Below, in pieces: positions 36,302 through 49,125 of a stretch of 64,000 nucleotides of DNA; position 1 is the first letter of the stretch, and each line of letters opens with the position of its first letter. The notes under the pieces are model-generated. The model was not told the DNA's origin, searched no databases, and was given only the letters and a program-made list of their open reading frames with translations. The stretch covers positions 292,392,001 through 292,456,000 of the forward strand of contig OZ024742.1 in NCBI GenBank assembly GCA_964016885.1, read 5' to 3'. Origin of the DNA: Eledone cirrhosa (taxonomy: Eukaryota). The position numbers were made by a program, and so were the translations under genes.

Positions 36302-36379
36302 TATTTATAATAAAGAATGTACGTTGAAGCTTTTAACATTTATGTTAGCATAAAATTTCAAAATTCAACTTATGGCATG

Positions 36380-36850
36380 ACAACAAAAAATATCAGAGTG
36401 ACATTTTCATTGAGGCTACCCCAGAGGTGAACTAGCTTATAGATTTAGAAGGGCTTTAGATAAATTAAAACTAAAAATTAAGGTAGTAGAAAAACTAGGA
36501 ATTCCAATAAAATATCTGATCAGCAAAACTTTCCCATTTAAAAAAATCCTCTACTGAGAGAAATTGTAAAGACTGCACGGTGTGCCCACAGACATACTGT
36601 AAAAACGAGAAATGTAGTATATAGCATTAGGTGTACAGAGAGGCAATGCAGAAACACAACCATGACATACAGCAGCTTGCAGTATGTTCTACTAGCATGC
36701 CAAACTAGAACATGGGATTTCACCAGAAAACATTGAGATAAAAATCATATTTACACATTGAACAGACACAAGGCTCAGACAGATTAAGGAAGCCGTGCAC
36801 ATAATGGAAAGTAAACTGATCTTCAATAGAAAGCATGAATGGAATAGCAA
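36380..36850 (+). mobile_element. Degenerate PLE GIY-YIG fragment (same family as 61157..61915)
   Basis: KTRNVVYSIRCTERQC...HAKLEH..NIEIKII..NRKHEWNS. Confidence 0.75.
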
Positions 36851-36877
36851 CAAACACACAATCTAGTGACTAATAAT

Positions 36878-36991
36878 TGTTTCTACTTTAGGCACAAGGC
36901 CAGCAATTACCCAGTGCATTACTGGTACTTTATTTTATCGACCCCCGTAAGGATGAAAGACAAAGTCAACCTCGGCGGGATTTGAACTCAG
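36878..36991 (-). mobile_element. 5'-truncated SINE with 18-bp TSD
   Basis: AATCTAGTGACTAATAAT at 36860-36877 and 37000-37017. Confidence 0.85.
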
Positions 36992-37079
36992 TTTAATTTA
37001 ATCTAGTGACTAATAATGATATAAGGACACATACAAATAAATACAAAGGGATGTATATATATATATATATATACACACA

Positions 37080-37135
<56 letters not shown>

Positions 37136-37814
37136 ATTGTTTGCAGCTTCAGTTAAAACCTGTACTGTTTATGTATAAATATGAATGTATAAGGTTTTGT
37201 AGTTGAAATGAAATTATTTATAGTCCTCAGATTTATTAATTCATTACTAAAATTTAATATTCAATACTTCTACTATGATTAGCTGGGAGTTGTTATTGTT
37301 TCCTTGTATTTTTATTGTTTTAACATTCTACTAATAATGCTGACACTCACCTTGTCAATAATTTTGCTTTTAATTTATGCAAATTTCCCTGAAATTATGC
37401 AATTAGGTAGCTTGCTTTAAACCATTTTTTAATGAATATTTGACTTCAGTGATCAACCACCAGCCTTTAATAACTGTTGTAGATGGTGGTGTTGGGTATT
37501 GGTGGTAGTGGTGGGTGCTGGTGCTGGAGGTGGTGTTGATTGTTTAACACCAGATCAACCTTGATCAAAAAGACCTGTCATCAAAGATATTCCAATTTTC
37601 ACTTCATTTTATTTCATGCATAATGAATCTAAAACAAAATTATACAATCATTATACAACAAACCAATGAGGATGCCCCTAAATGGTTGCTTGATCTGCTA
37701 GAAATAGCAGCTAAATCACTTTTATATTACATCTTAAAAAATGAAAATGGCACATTTCATCAACATTAAAAGGCTTATGCAATAAAAACTGTCATATCTG
37801 AAATATATGAGGCA

Positions 37815-38250
37815 AATAGGAAAGGGCATTCAGCTGTAGAAACCATGCCAAAAAGGTTGAAAGGGAGCTTCAGCCACTTCAAGGACATGATAACCTTTGT
37901 AATGCCACAATACAATACACTCAGTACACTCTGTAAAGTTGTTGGTGATAAAAAGAGCAATCAGCTGTAGAAACCATCCCAAAGGTGTTGTGAGGGTTCT
38001 TCAGCCACATTAAGAACATGATGACCTCCTTAGTGATAGTGCCATGATGAAATGCACCCAGTTCACTCTGTAAAGGGGTTAGTGACAGGAAGGGCTTCCA
38101 TCCATAGAAATCATGCCAAAAATGGTTAAGAGAGTTCTTTATTCATGTCAAAGATATAACAATATCCCTTGTGCTAATGCCATGATGCAATGCACTCAGT
38201 ATACTCTAGAAATTGTTTGGCATTTGGAAGAGCATATAGCCATAGAAACC
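37815..38250 (+). repeat. Tandem array (~3.3 x ~135 bp) of the GGAAGGGCATCCAGC.GTAGAAACC repeat core
   Basis: Core recurs at ~37820, 37950, 38088 and 38226. Confidence 0.7.
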
Positions 38251-39809
38251 AAGCTTGGTTTCTAGATTGGTCCAATCTATATTTTCTCCAACACCAATAA
38301 GAAACCTTCTAATCACTTAGAAACAATGCTGTGATTGTAAATTTAGAAATTTACCCTATTAGTAGTCAGTTTTTTTGTTTTTTTTTTCTCAATCTGCTGA
38401 TGTGATTTTAAGTTTCTGATGCTAGCACAGAACAGCAGTACTTGACTAGTTCTCTCCTCAAACACTCAACTAACTTCTTGTTGTCAATGTGTAACTATAA
38501 TTTAATGACATTGGAAGATTCCCTAAGTTTGCCTTCTAACATATAGTTAAGTGGAAGATAACATACTTAATGTGCCAAAATTAGAACCTAACCCTTAATA
38601 AGAAAAATGATTAATGTTAATGTCATTTCTTTAAAAGAACATCAAAGAAGAGGACTCTAAAATTGAAAACGATTAAAAATTAAATGGAGATGTTCAATGG
38701 TGAATGTGTCTGATCTTTGGTAGTTTCAGTGACAAATACAGATATGTTTCAGTATTATTAGACTTTCTTAGGGAAGTACTGTCTAACTTGTACTTATCAG
38801 ATTCTAGAATGACCTTAATCATTTCATTACAATATTTCTAATGAAAAACGCTGCCTATGACTTTCAATCAGTTTTGAAAATAATCAAACATTTGGATAGA
38901 TTTAGTAATATAACTAACTTTCTCATGAGTAGATCGGTGTTGGGGCATTAATTTATCAAAAATTCTTACATTAAATTACCATGAAAAGTTTTAGAATGTG
39001 TTTTTCAAGGCAGATTTATCATCGTCGTCATCATTTAACATCCGTTTTTCCATGTTAACATAGGTTCAAAGGATTGTCACAGACGAAATTGCCACACATC
39101 TAGAGCCACTGTTCCCACAGATTAGCTGGGGGGGGGGGGGGGGGGGGAGTCATATCTCACACATATCTATTCCTATACTTTACAGAGTGTACTGGGTACA
39201 TTTTATAATGACACCAGAAGTAGGGAGGTTGTCATGCCTTTGAGAAAACTGAAGAGTTCTCTCAAATCGGTGTTTGGATAGTTTTCTATTGCTGGACACC
39301 TATCCTAAGCATCAAAACCAAAGACCTCAGGTGTACTCGGACCCTATACTGCTGAGCTCCTTTACAAGTTCAGAACATCAGCAGCCCATATAAGGAAGGA
39401 GCCCCATAAGGTGGGGTGGCTGTTGTAGCAGGTGTCGCTGGCCACTGTCCATGGAAATGTTTTTGTGGTCTTGTTCATGGGGCACATCCCCAACACTGCA
39501 ATGCCCTAGGCCCAAAACCCATCACCCTTCCCTTTCCCCCTCCCATTCTTCTGTGGTCTTAGAGCCCTTGCCTTTTCCTTCCTTTTCCATTTTTAAATAT
39601 TTGTAATGTTTTTTTAATTATCTTATAGTCATTCATTCATGTAGTTACTCATTTATTATTTTACTGAGTGTACCAGACAAATCTTTCATGTCACCAACAC
39701 TAGAGAGGTCGTCATGTCTAGGATATGACTGAAGTATTCTCTCAGCCCTTTTGGCATGGTTTCTATGGCAAGATGGCATTTCTAACACTGTTAACCTTCT
39801 CAATGTGAC

Positions 39810-40140
39810 AGCACATGGCTTAGTAGTTAGAGCATTGGGCTTGCACTCGAGAGGTTGTGAGTACAATTCTCGGACCATGTAATGCATTATGTCCTTGAGC
39901 AAGACACTTTATTTCACTTTGCTCCAGTTTACTCATTGTAGAAATGAGTTGCAACGTCACTGGTGCCAAGCTGTATTGGACTTGTCTTTCCCTTGGACAT
40001 CATCAGTGGGATGGAGAGGGAAGACTGGTATGCATGAGCGACTGCTTGTCTTCCACAAACAATTTTGCCCAGACTTGTGCCTCGGAAGGGAACTTTCTAG
40101 GTGTAAATCCAATGGTCATTTGTGACCAAATGGGGTCTGT
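39810..40140 (+). mobile_element. Second tRNA-derived SINE family
   Basis: TGGCTTAGTAGTTAGAGC A box, degenerate B box, then GTCCTTGAGCAAGACACTT. Degenerate relatives at ~19040-19145 and ~19990-20090 (-). Confidence 0.7.
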
Positions 40141-40384
40141 ACCCAACCTTCTGAATGAAATACATAATTAAGTATGTTAGCTTATATAGTTCAGTAGACA
40201 GACATTGAAGCTGACTGGCAATATTTTGTCTATGAAGACCTGTCTAACATTTACTGTTGCTCTGCATTTATCATTGGTTTGCATTAGGGAACAATAAAAA
40301 TATTGATGTTGCAGCTATGTATGTATATATTTTTTGTATATATGTATGTGTATTTTTTTATGTTTATATGTGTATGTGACTATG

Positions 40385-40898
40385 TATGTATGTGTGTATG
40401 TATGTAACCCAGTACAACCTGCCGCATGGTCGGGTCGTCGGCGACTAAACCGGCAACCCCACCAAGTTTACTTGATGTTGGACACCCTGCAGAACAAAAA
40501 ACAAAACCTGACAAAGGGCGGAAGAACTCATAAGAGTCAACGGCCATCCAAAAGTGTGTAAATATGTATATACACATGTACCGCGCAGTTAAACCACTGG
40601 GAGTGAAGGACCCCTTGCCTTTGTCAGGGCATTCTTCTAGGAGAAGGCAACTCAGGAAACTGGGATAACTCCGATATAAAACCTGCGGCTCAGTAGTTAC
40701 CGATGATGTTGATCTTTTCTTCTTTTCGGGTTATAGCTACTGTCGCTCAGAGAGTGGGATTGGCTCAGTGCAAGGTCTTTCCTCACTTTAAAAAATATCT
40801 TCACGCACAGGCATTGCACGATAGAATTAATTAATAATTATTAATAATGGTATATCATGCAATGGCCATACTCGATGACGAGGTGGCAGTCATCATCA
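40385..40898 (+). mobile_element. Short element resembling an RTE 5' UTR, ending in (CAT)n
   Basis: CpG-rich island with CTAGGAGAAGGCAACTC...AAAACCTG, a motif I associate with RTE 5' UTRs. No ORF. Confidence 0.45.
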
Positions 40899-41481
40899 TG
40901 TATGTAGGTATTAAAAAAAACCTTCAAAGCACAAGCATTACTTGTTCAGGATCTATTACAGGTTTGTGTGCCTGGCCGTAGCCTAAAAGTGCACCATTTT
41001 CTATAATCTTACAAGCGATTGCAATACTCTTAGCAGAGTTTGCAGCAATCATGTATGTGTATGTATGTATGTGTGTATGTATGTGTGTATGTATGTATGT
41101 GTTTGTGTGTGTGTATGTATATATGAATGTATGTGTATGTGTGTTAGTTGTTTGTTTTTCTTTTGTTTAGAGCCAGGTAATAATGTTGATGGTGCTGCTA
41201 CTACTAATGATGATGATGATGATGATGGTTGTGGTGGAGATGACAGTGATGACAATGATGATGTTAATGATGACAGCGATGATGATGATGATGATGATGA
41301 TGATGGCGGCAGGTGAGTGTAGAGGGGAATGATGTTATTGTTGTTGATGCAGCTGCTGCTATCAAGGTTTATAAGATTCCCAGTCTGTGTTCTAATAAAT
41401 AATATAGAGACAATTAGAGGGGGGGGGGCTACAGGGTTAAAGAGGATGTTCTTCTTTCTCATCCTCAAGTGATTATTGATA

Positions 41482-41702
<221 letters not shown>

Positions 41703-41924
41703 TAGCCAGGCTGTAAATGTCATGAATTGATCAATTACTTATTGAGTTCCTTCCAAATAGAAACCAATTATTACCAATCCTTCAAGTTACTTTTTTTCAT
41801 AACATCTTTTCTCTTATTAATTTCTGTCATATTATTTTTATTTTATTTCTTCTTATTTCTTCCCTGTTTGTCATATTATTATTATTGTTGTTACTACTAT
41901 TATTACTATTATTATTATTATTAT

Positions 41925-43152
41925 TGTTCTTTGAGTCTCAGTCATTGATGTTATTTAATTGGAAAGTTTGTTGAAATGAATATCAAGCCACTACCTGCAG
42001 CCTCAGATATTCAGTACGTATCGGAGGGTTCTTGCTGTTCCCAGCAAGCATGCCTTTTCAAGTGTTCCAAAAAGCGGGGCTGGACTAATCTTCTTTAACC
42101 ATCCTTGGAAACTCTTTGAGATAGTACCTAGTGCGCCTATGACAATCGGGACAGCCTTGATTTCATGGCAGTTCCAAATCCTTTTTAAATCCCACTTTAA
42201 ATCCTGGTAATTAATTTTCTCCCTCTCCTTTTCTTGCACTCTCGTGTCAAAGCGGCAGGCTACATCTACAATCAGGCACAATCTTTTTTCCTTGTCCAAA
42301 ACCACCAGGTCAGGCCTATTTTTTGTCCGTCTATATCCTAAAATCCCATAGCACCTTCACCTGATCGTTTTCTATCACCGACTCTGGCTTATGCTCATAC
42401 CACTTCTCCGAATGTGGTAAATTGTTTACTTTACATAGATGCCAGTGGATCACCCTGCATATTACACCATGTCTCCAGCCTTTATAGTGAGTCTGAGCTA
42501 GGTGTTTACACTCGGATACAATGTGAGCCACACTCTCCTCTCTCTCTCCACAGATCCTATACAGTGAGATAGCCTCCTCCTTGTCAATATGGTGTTTCAC
42601 CCACTACATTCTGAGGGCTTGCTCTTCCGCAGCCATTAGCATTCCTTCTGTAGCTTTTTTAAGGTCTCCTCTTTTTAACCAGTTTCATGTCTGTGGATCT
42701 CTAAATTCCGTTTTCTTAAAGAGATACTATGAAGAGATTTTTCATGAAGGTTACTCTTCCTCCATGTTCTTATTTCCTCCTTGGACATCCTCTGGTCTAT
42801 TGTCTTCTCCTTCAGTATAATTTTGAGCATTGGCTCCCTACTGTCAGTCACTTACTTGTGCAGGTTGTTTTTCTCCATCTGAACACAGTCCTCTATGCTG
42901 ATAAGGCCTCTTCTGCCTTCAGATCTCTTTAAGTAGAGTCTATCAATATCACTCCTCTTGTGGAACATCTTGTAGATAGTCAATAGCTTCCTAGTCTTCC
43001 TATCCATTTCTTTTTGTTCAGCAACATTCCATTTCAGAATTCCCGCACTGTATCTAATAATAGACACAGCTCGGGAATTTACTGCACTTATGACATTCCT
43101 ACTATTTAGATGTGATTTTAGTACGCTCCTTACTCTCCTTATGTACTCAGAT
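41925..43152 (-). mobile_element. 5'-truncated R4/Dong-type RLE LINE
   Basis: IDRLYLKRSEGRRGL, CCHC-like RICGEREESVAHIVSEC, RPDLVVLD..IVDVA, PIVIGALG. (TTA)n at both ends. Confidence 0.85.
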
Positions 43153-43180
43153 CTTATTATTATTATTATTATTATATTAT

Positions 43181-43369
43181 GGCAGTGGATTGGCAGTATC
43201 GGTAGAGGGTCGGACGCCATGCTTTGACATATAGAGGTACAGCCCATGCCATTCTGAGTTCAAATCCCGCCGAGGTTAACTTTGCCTTTCATCCATACGG
43301 GGTCGATAAAATAAAGTACCAGTAATGCACTGAGTAATTACTGGTTGTGCCAAACAATTATTATTATTA
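43181..43369 (+). mobile_element. tRNA-derived SINE
   Basis: Same family as 2694-2890. Confidence 0.85.
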
Positions 43370-46300
43370 CAGTTGCATTTATCTTGCTTTATGTTCATAC
43401 GAGTTATCAGCATGTCACAACCAGTGACCTCAAGAGACAACAAGGTCCGCCATGTTCAAGAAAGAACATACATACAGACACATGCATCTTTAGTGTTTAG
43501 ACTTGTGATGTACTTATATTGACAGAATCTTCCTTAGTATATGGGCAGTTCCCATTAGTACTATCTTTTGTATTTCTCCTATACGCGGGTTTCCTGGGAT
43601 TTGCGATAAGTAATCATTAGACCCCTTAGGTATCATTCCTAGAGCGCCTACAACCCCTGGTATTGTTTTAGTTCTCAATTTCCACATTTTTCCAATTTCT
43701 ATCTCCAGGTCCTTATACTTGTTCAATTTTTCAAATGTTTTTATAGATACATTCTTGTCTATTAGAACGGACATATCAATCAGCAGGCATACCCTCTTTT
43801 TAAAGTCCTTCAATATTATATCAGGTGTATTTGCATCTATTTTTCGGTCTGTTTGGATGCTAAAGTTCCACAAGATTGAGATGTGATCTTTTTCAAGTAT
43901 GGGAGGTGGTTGATGCTCCCACCAATTCTTTTGATAGGGGCAGGTCAAAATGCTTACACATTATCCAATGTATGTATTGTGCAGCGCTGTCGTGCCTGTT
44001 TAGGTATTCGGTTGGAGCTATAGGACTGCACATTGAAATTATATGATCAATGGTCTCTGGTTGTTTTTTACATACACGGCATAATGGGTTGCATCCATTT
44101 TTTATTATGTTGGCTTGATAATTTTTTGTTGGCAGACACTGATCTTGTGCTGATATAATTAGTCCTTCAGTCTCCGATTTCAGTCCAGAGGATGCCAACC
44201 ACTGATGGGCTTTGTCAACATCAGGATTGTTAGCTCTTTCTGGGTATTTTCCATACAGAGGCTTTTCGTGCCATTTCTTAGCCAGTTTCTGTAGCAGTTC
44301 TTTCTTTGCAGTTACCTGCTTTGCATTTTCTGTGTTTTTCATTTCAGCAGTAAATGGAACTTCTGAAATTTGAAGCCCATTACTGTATCTTTGTGCATCT
44401 TTTGTAATGGAGTATGATCTATTTTTTTATGCTTTCGTGTTTCAAAACGAGTTTGATCATCCAATCATGTGATTCCCTTAGATATGTAGATAATCCAATT
44501 GTTGCAGTTTTCAACGCAATATCTAACTGGATTAACCCACGTCCTCCTTCTTTCCTAGGGAGATATATTCTATCTGCATCTGCCTTAGGGTGATGCATTC
44601 TATGCATGGTTAAGAATTTTCTAATTTTTGTATCGAGCCTACGGATCTCTGTGCTTGACCAGTTGATGACATTGTAACTGTAGGTTACTACTGGTATGGC
44701 AAGCGTGTTTATGGCATCGATCCTGTTCCTTGCATTCAAATCCGTTCTTAAGATTGCTCTTACTCTGCGGTAACATTTCTTCCTTATTCTTTCCCTCATT
44801 GTCAAGTGCTTGATTCCATCTCCTTCACAAACACCTAGATATTTGTAAGTTTCCTCTTGATCAAGTTCTCTTATCACATTCCCCCAATCAAGATTAACGT
44901 CTGAACTTTTCAGCAGCTTTCCTCTGGTGAACGTTGCTTTGGTGCATTTATCTAGTCCAAACTCCATTTTAATGTCATCACAGAACTGCTTCACAGTGGA
45001 TAATAGCCCTTGCAATTGCTCATCAATTTTTGCAAATAGTTTCAGGTCATCCATGTAGAACAAGTGATTAATGGTTTTGTCATAGACTTTATATCCATGT
45101 TTTGTTTCATTGAGCATTTTACTTAATGGTATAAGTGCGATGCAGAATAAAAGCGGTGATAAAGAGTCACCCTGAAAAATTCCACAATTAATATTAACTT
45201 CTCCAGCTTCCAGTGATTTTTTTCCACAATTCAAAAGGAGTGTCATTTTCCATGTCTTCATACTGAATGACAGGAACCTCCTGACAACGGGAGATATTTC
45301 GAAAATCTCTAAACATTTTTCAATCCAACTGTGTGGCAAACTATCAAATGCTTTTTTGTAATCTATCCAAGCAATTTTTGTGTCTATTATGACAATCTTC
45401 CAGTATCATTTTGTTAACCAAAAGCTGATCCTTACAGCCATATGAGCCTCGTTTACACCCTTTCTGTTCATTGGGAAATAGATCATTTGTTATCAGGTGA
45501 TCAAATGTATATTCAGTTAGGACTGATGTTAAAATTTTATACATTGTAGTCAAGTAAGTAATCGGTCTGTAATTTTTGGGATTGTTTGTCTCATCATTCT
45601 TTGGAAGTAGGAATGTAATGCCATTAACTAGCCATGATGGTATCTTTTCTGACTCCTTAACCATTTCATAGTAAAGTTGGGCTAACAGCTCATCAGACTC
45701 TGTGAAGGCATTTATCCAAAAATTTCGTATTTTGTCTTTTCCTGGGGATTTCCATTTGCTGGTTTTTCTAAGAGCCAAACATAACTGTTCAACTGTTATA
45801 TTTTCCCATGTTTGTTCCTCAAGGTGAGCTGTATCTTTCATTTGTCTGTCTATCCATGGGGCATGTATATTATGAACTTTTTCTTCGACCCAGATCTTTT
45901 CCCAGAATTCTTGCACTTCCTCCTTGGGTGGTATTGATTTAGCAGTTATTGTTGACTTGCCAATTTTTCTGTAGAAGTTTCTTTGGTTGTTTTTTGAACA
46001 TATTTTTGTCCTTATAGAATATAGATCGTTTTTCAAAGCGCCTTATACGAGCAGCTTTGGCCGACACTTTTTGCTTGATTGTTTCTATTAGCATGTCTAT
46101 GTCACTTGTTGATTTTATACTGTATTTTCATTTCAATTTTCTAAGTTTAGTTTGTTTAACATGTTCACCTACTTTGTAGTTTGTTAAAATTTCTATGTCA
46201 GATCGCCGAAGGTTTATTTGCCGATTGATGTTCTCTTGCCAAGTAGGTTTCTTGTGGGAATTCCTGTTTTTTCATTTTCACTCCACATAAGTGAGTGGTG

Positions 46301-46950
46301 ACTTTAACCGATGCATAATAGAGATAATTTAGATCAGTAATGTTTAGTTTGTTTGTGATGATAATGTTTTTGAGAATTATGTTAGTCTTGTGTATTATTC
46401 TTTGGTTCTGTTTGGAGTTCTGGATCTTAGGGAGAGTGTCTCATTCCCTCATGTCAGAATCTTTCATTTTCATCCATTCGATCATAATTTCATTCTTCAA
46501 GTAGGCAAGTTCATTCTCATTCATTTTTTATCATTTACGATCTCATTGTTTTCATTTTGGGTTTCATCTTGAGCATGCACTCCTTCCACTTTTTCGATCA
46601 TTTCTTAAATTTGTTCTGCTGTCAGTGATTCTGCCCCAACCCTGGGATTTGAAGTGTTACAATTTACCTCGTTTTCACTGACACATGTTTCATTTTCCCT
46701 TCTCTGACTTTGTGCTAATAGCTTGATCTGATCAATTTCTATATCAGTTAGTAACTTTTTCTTAACAATATTTCTTCGTATATTGGCTAGTTTGTTACTG
46801 TCAATATAGCCTCTGTTTTCGAGATGTTTCTTTTTCTAGTTGATATATGTCTGTTCTCTATTCGATCTATTTCATGGGTAGTACATGGCAGTGTAGAAAG
46901 CCTCAAGGACTTCTTTATTGTCTTCCCTTGAACATTTTTCTCTCTTTTTC
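43370..46950 (-). mobile_element. Near-complete, disrupted R4/Dong-type LINE (element A)
   Basis: RT WKSPGKD, GIFQGDSLSPLLF, YMDDLKL. CRVC..ETIDHIISMC finger. RLE PDIIL..LIDMS. N-terminal NKLANIRR domain at ~46780. Confidence 0.88.
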
Positions 46951-49125
46951 TTTGGATTTTGAAGATGTTCAGTGATTTCAGAATCCATGAGTGTGGTATG
47001 CTGTCAAAGGCTTTTTTATAATCGATCCATGCAGAACTGAGATTTCTGTGTTTATTATGACAGTTCTCAAGGATCATACGATTAATCAAAAGTTGAACTT
47101 TGCAACCATATGAACCTCGTCGGCACCCTTTATGTTCAATGGGGAAAAGATTGTTCTCCTCCAAAAACACGTATGCTTTTTCCATGAGAATAGAGGTTAA
47201 TAGTTTATAAGTGGTGGACAAGCAGGTTATGGGCTGATAGTTTTTTGGATCTTTGGTTTCATTGTTCTTTGGTAGAAGGTAGGTAATGCCACTTGCTATC
47301 CAATCAGGTGTATTTTTTGGATCTTTCATAATTCCATTAAACAGCTTGACCAATATATTGTGAGTGCACAGGAGTGAGTAAAGCCAGAAATTTGGCACCC
47401 TGTCTCTACCAGGAGATTTCCATTTATAAGATTTATTGAGTGCTGTCCTTAAGTCCACTATAGAGATGTCTTCCCACGCCTGTTCTTCTAAATTTGTGTA
47501 AGATTTTTCCAGGCGACTAATCCAATTTACATTATATGTCTTCTCATCACTCCAAATCTTACTCCAGAAGTTTTCAACTTCTTCTATGGATGGGGGAGGG
47601 GGTCTTCAATAATTATTTTTTTCTTCCCTACTTCTCTCTAAAATGACTTGGCATTGGATGAAAACAACTTATTTTGCCTGTAGAAGTTGTTTCGCTTCTC
47701 TACGAATTCGTTGGGCTTTTACTTGGACTTTTTGTTTCAGAGATTCTTTTGGTGAAACTATTGCTTCTCTAGAAGACAGTCCATATTAACTTTCTTACCT
47801 TCTTGGATCTTATATCATTTCCAGCGGTTAACTCACTCAATAAAGATATTTCTCCTCTCATTTCGTCAATCTCCTTTTTTATTCTACTCCTCCAAATTGG
47901 TTTACCTTGAAGGTTCGACATCTTTTCTTTTTTTGGTGGTAAACAACTTGTTTCAATTACTCTAGCAGATGCATAAATGATTTCATTTAACTCAGTAAGA
48001 TCAGGTTCTAGTTCTTCTATGATTTCTTTTGTCACAGAATTACCAATCATTATTTGTTTTCGGGCGGTGGATTGGCAGTATCAGTAGAGGGTTGGACGCC
48101 ATGCTTTGGAGCATGGAGTTATGGGCCTTTACAATCTGAGTTCAAATCCCGCCGAGGTTAACTTTGCCTTTCATCCTTATGTGGTCGATAAAATAAAGTA
48201 CCAGTAATGCACTGGGATAATTGCTGGTCTTGTGCCAAAAGTAGAAACAATTATTTGTTTTCTATTTTGGATTGTATTCGGGAGTTTTTGAAGTGGTTCT
48301 CTATCATTTATACTAGACTGTCTTACTACTGCAAGCTCATTCAGTATTGTTTGCTTTAATTCCTTCATAATCTTCCTATGTTCTTCAGCAGATGTTTGGT
48401 TTTCAATTACTGTTTCTAAGTCCCTCTCCTGGCTATTTTCAGCGGGTTCAATAGGGCTTCTCATTTCTACAAACCTATTTGTGGTTTGGTCAGATGGAGG
48501 TCTTTCAGTAAAGACTTGTGACTGGTTACTATCTCCAGGAGATTCTTCAGTTCTTTCATCATTTATACTTATGTCATTCTCCACAGCCTGCTTGATCGCA
48601 GTTAGTTCAGTGTCTGTGAGTCTATTATTTCTGAAGATATACCTCCTTACATTTGCCAACTTGTTTCCATCCATATCACGTCTGCTAGCTTGATTCCGAG
48701 TTTTCCAGATTTTGTAGGAGTTTAAAGTGTGTGTGTCTTATGAAGGCTTACCTAATGCATAGTAATATGCATATATTACTTCTTTATACACTTCTCGGGT
48801 CCATTTCATCCTTTTAGGTTTTTCTTTTTGAGGTGGTTTGGGTGGTGGATCTGGAGGGCTCGAGTTGGGGCAATCCCCGATCAAGTGACCATCCAGGTCC
48901 ATAATTGGAGAAGAGTTTGTGCCAGAGGAGGACTTTTCGATCTCAGGTTGGCACCTTCCTGAGGGATGTGCTTCCTGATTAACCATAGGAAAAGCGATTT
49001 GGTATTGTGTATTAATTTTTATTTGTTCATCTCGCAGTACATGCTTGCGTTACGCATGGTATTGGACGTACATGGAAAGTTGCCCGGCTCTTTGGGTAGA
49101 GCATTTGCTGGCTGGCACTGAGATC
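46951..49125 (-). mobile_element. 5' half of a second R4/Dong-type LINE (element B)
   Basis: KWTREVYKEVI..NKLANVRR N-terminus. RT runs from WKSPGRD to IDYKKAFDSIPHSWI and then breaks off. Confidence 0.8.
48062..48249 (+). mobile_element. Full-length SINE inserted in element B, 13-bp TSD
   Basis: ATTATTTGTTTTC at 48049-48061 and 48250-48262. Confidence 0.9.
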
